This document shows, piece by piece, positions 63,926-64,000 of a stretch of 64,000 bases of DNA. The notes below the pieces were generated by a model, which had not been told where the DNA came from, did not search any database, and worked only from the letters and a program-made list of their open reading frames with translations. The DNA is taken from positions 781,704-845,703 of the forward strand of contig OZ220477.1 of assembly GCA_965116015.1 (NCBI GenBank), given 5' to 3'. How positions within the stretch are numbered: the stretch's first letter is position 1; each line of letters starts with the position of its first letter. A program made the translations under genes and the position numbers. Origin of the DNA: Dehalococcoidia bacterium. GTDB lineage: Bacteria > Chloroflexota > Dehalococcoidia > Lucifugimonadales > Australimonadaceae.

Positions 63926-64000
63926 GCGCAGCGGCGCCTGAGAGCATCGCGGGAGTAGACAGACTCTCAGTTGAGGAGCGAGGGATGCAACCGCAGCAGT

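Noticed and set aside
1-64000. Bisulfite-like or sequencing-chemistry artefact as the cause of the G depletion.
   Set aside because: Proteins on both strands translate cleanly into recognisable families, with the bias concentrated at synonymous positions. An artefact converting bases would destroy coding sequences and would not spare the embedded unskewed islands.

Overview
High-GC bacterial chromosomal fragment in two parts. I cannot assign taxonomy without a search, though the gene content has a Chloroflexota/Actinomycetota flavour. Part A (1 to ~43 kb) has an extreme strand asymmetry that does not depend on gene orientation. The plus strand is C/A-rich and nearly lacks G/T at synonymous sites. 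Plus-strand genes use NNC/NNA codons and minus-strand genes use NNG/NNT. By my own gene calls, about 25% of part A is non-coding. That non-coding DNA holds C-rich tandem repeats, long poly-C tracts, a dispersed G-tract hairpin motif (GGGYAGGG) and tandem duplications of gene 3' ends. Part A genes: partial DUF499 (BrxC/PglY-like) ATPase, Rieske oxygenase, isochorismatase-family hydrolase, several MFS transporters, tRNA-Arg(UCU), crotonase, cytochrome c, dnaN, DUF2958, VOC/SDR/LLM/Gfo-type oxidoreductases, an asparaginase-family protein with an extra N-terminal module plus a stand-alone paralog of that module, an EutA-like ATPase with an MT-A70 methyltransferase, BNR-like proteins, a PLD-type nuclease and an EVE protein. 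A few short segments lack or invert the skew and look like recent arrivals. Part B (~44-64 kb) has ordinary composition and about 93% coding density. It carries a cupredoxin/membrane cluster, pstSCAB-phoU, a truncated response regulator, DUF3105-ccdA, modABC, uvrC, rpiB, a XerC/D-type recombinase, lgt and a GMC oxidoreductase. I found no rRNA, transposase or cas genes. All calls rest on hand translation and motif recognition only. No searches were run.
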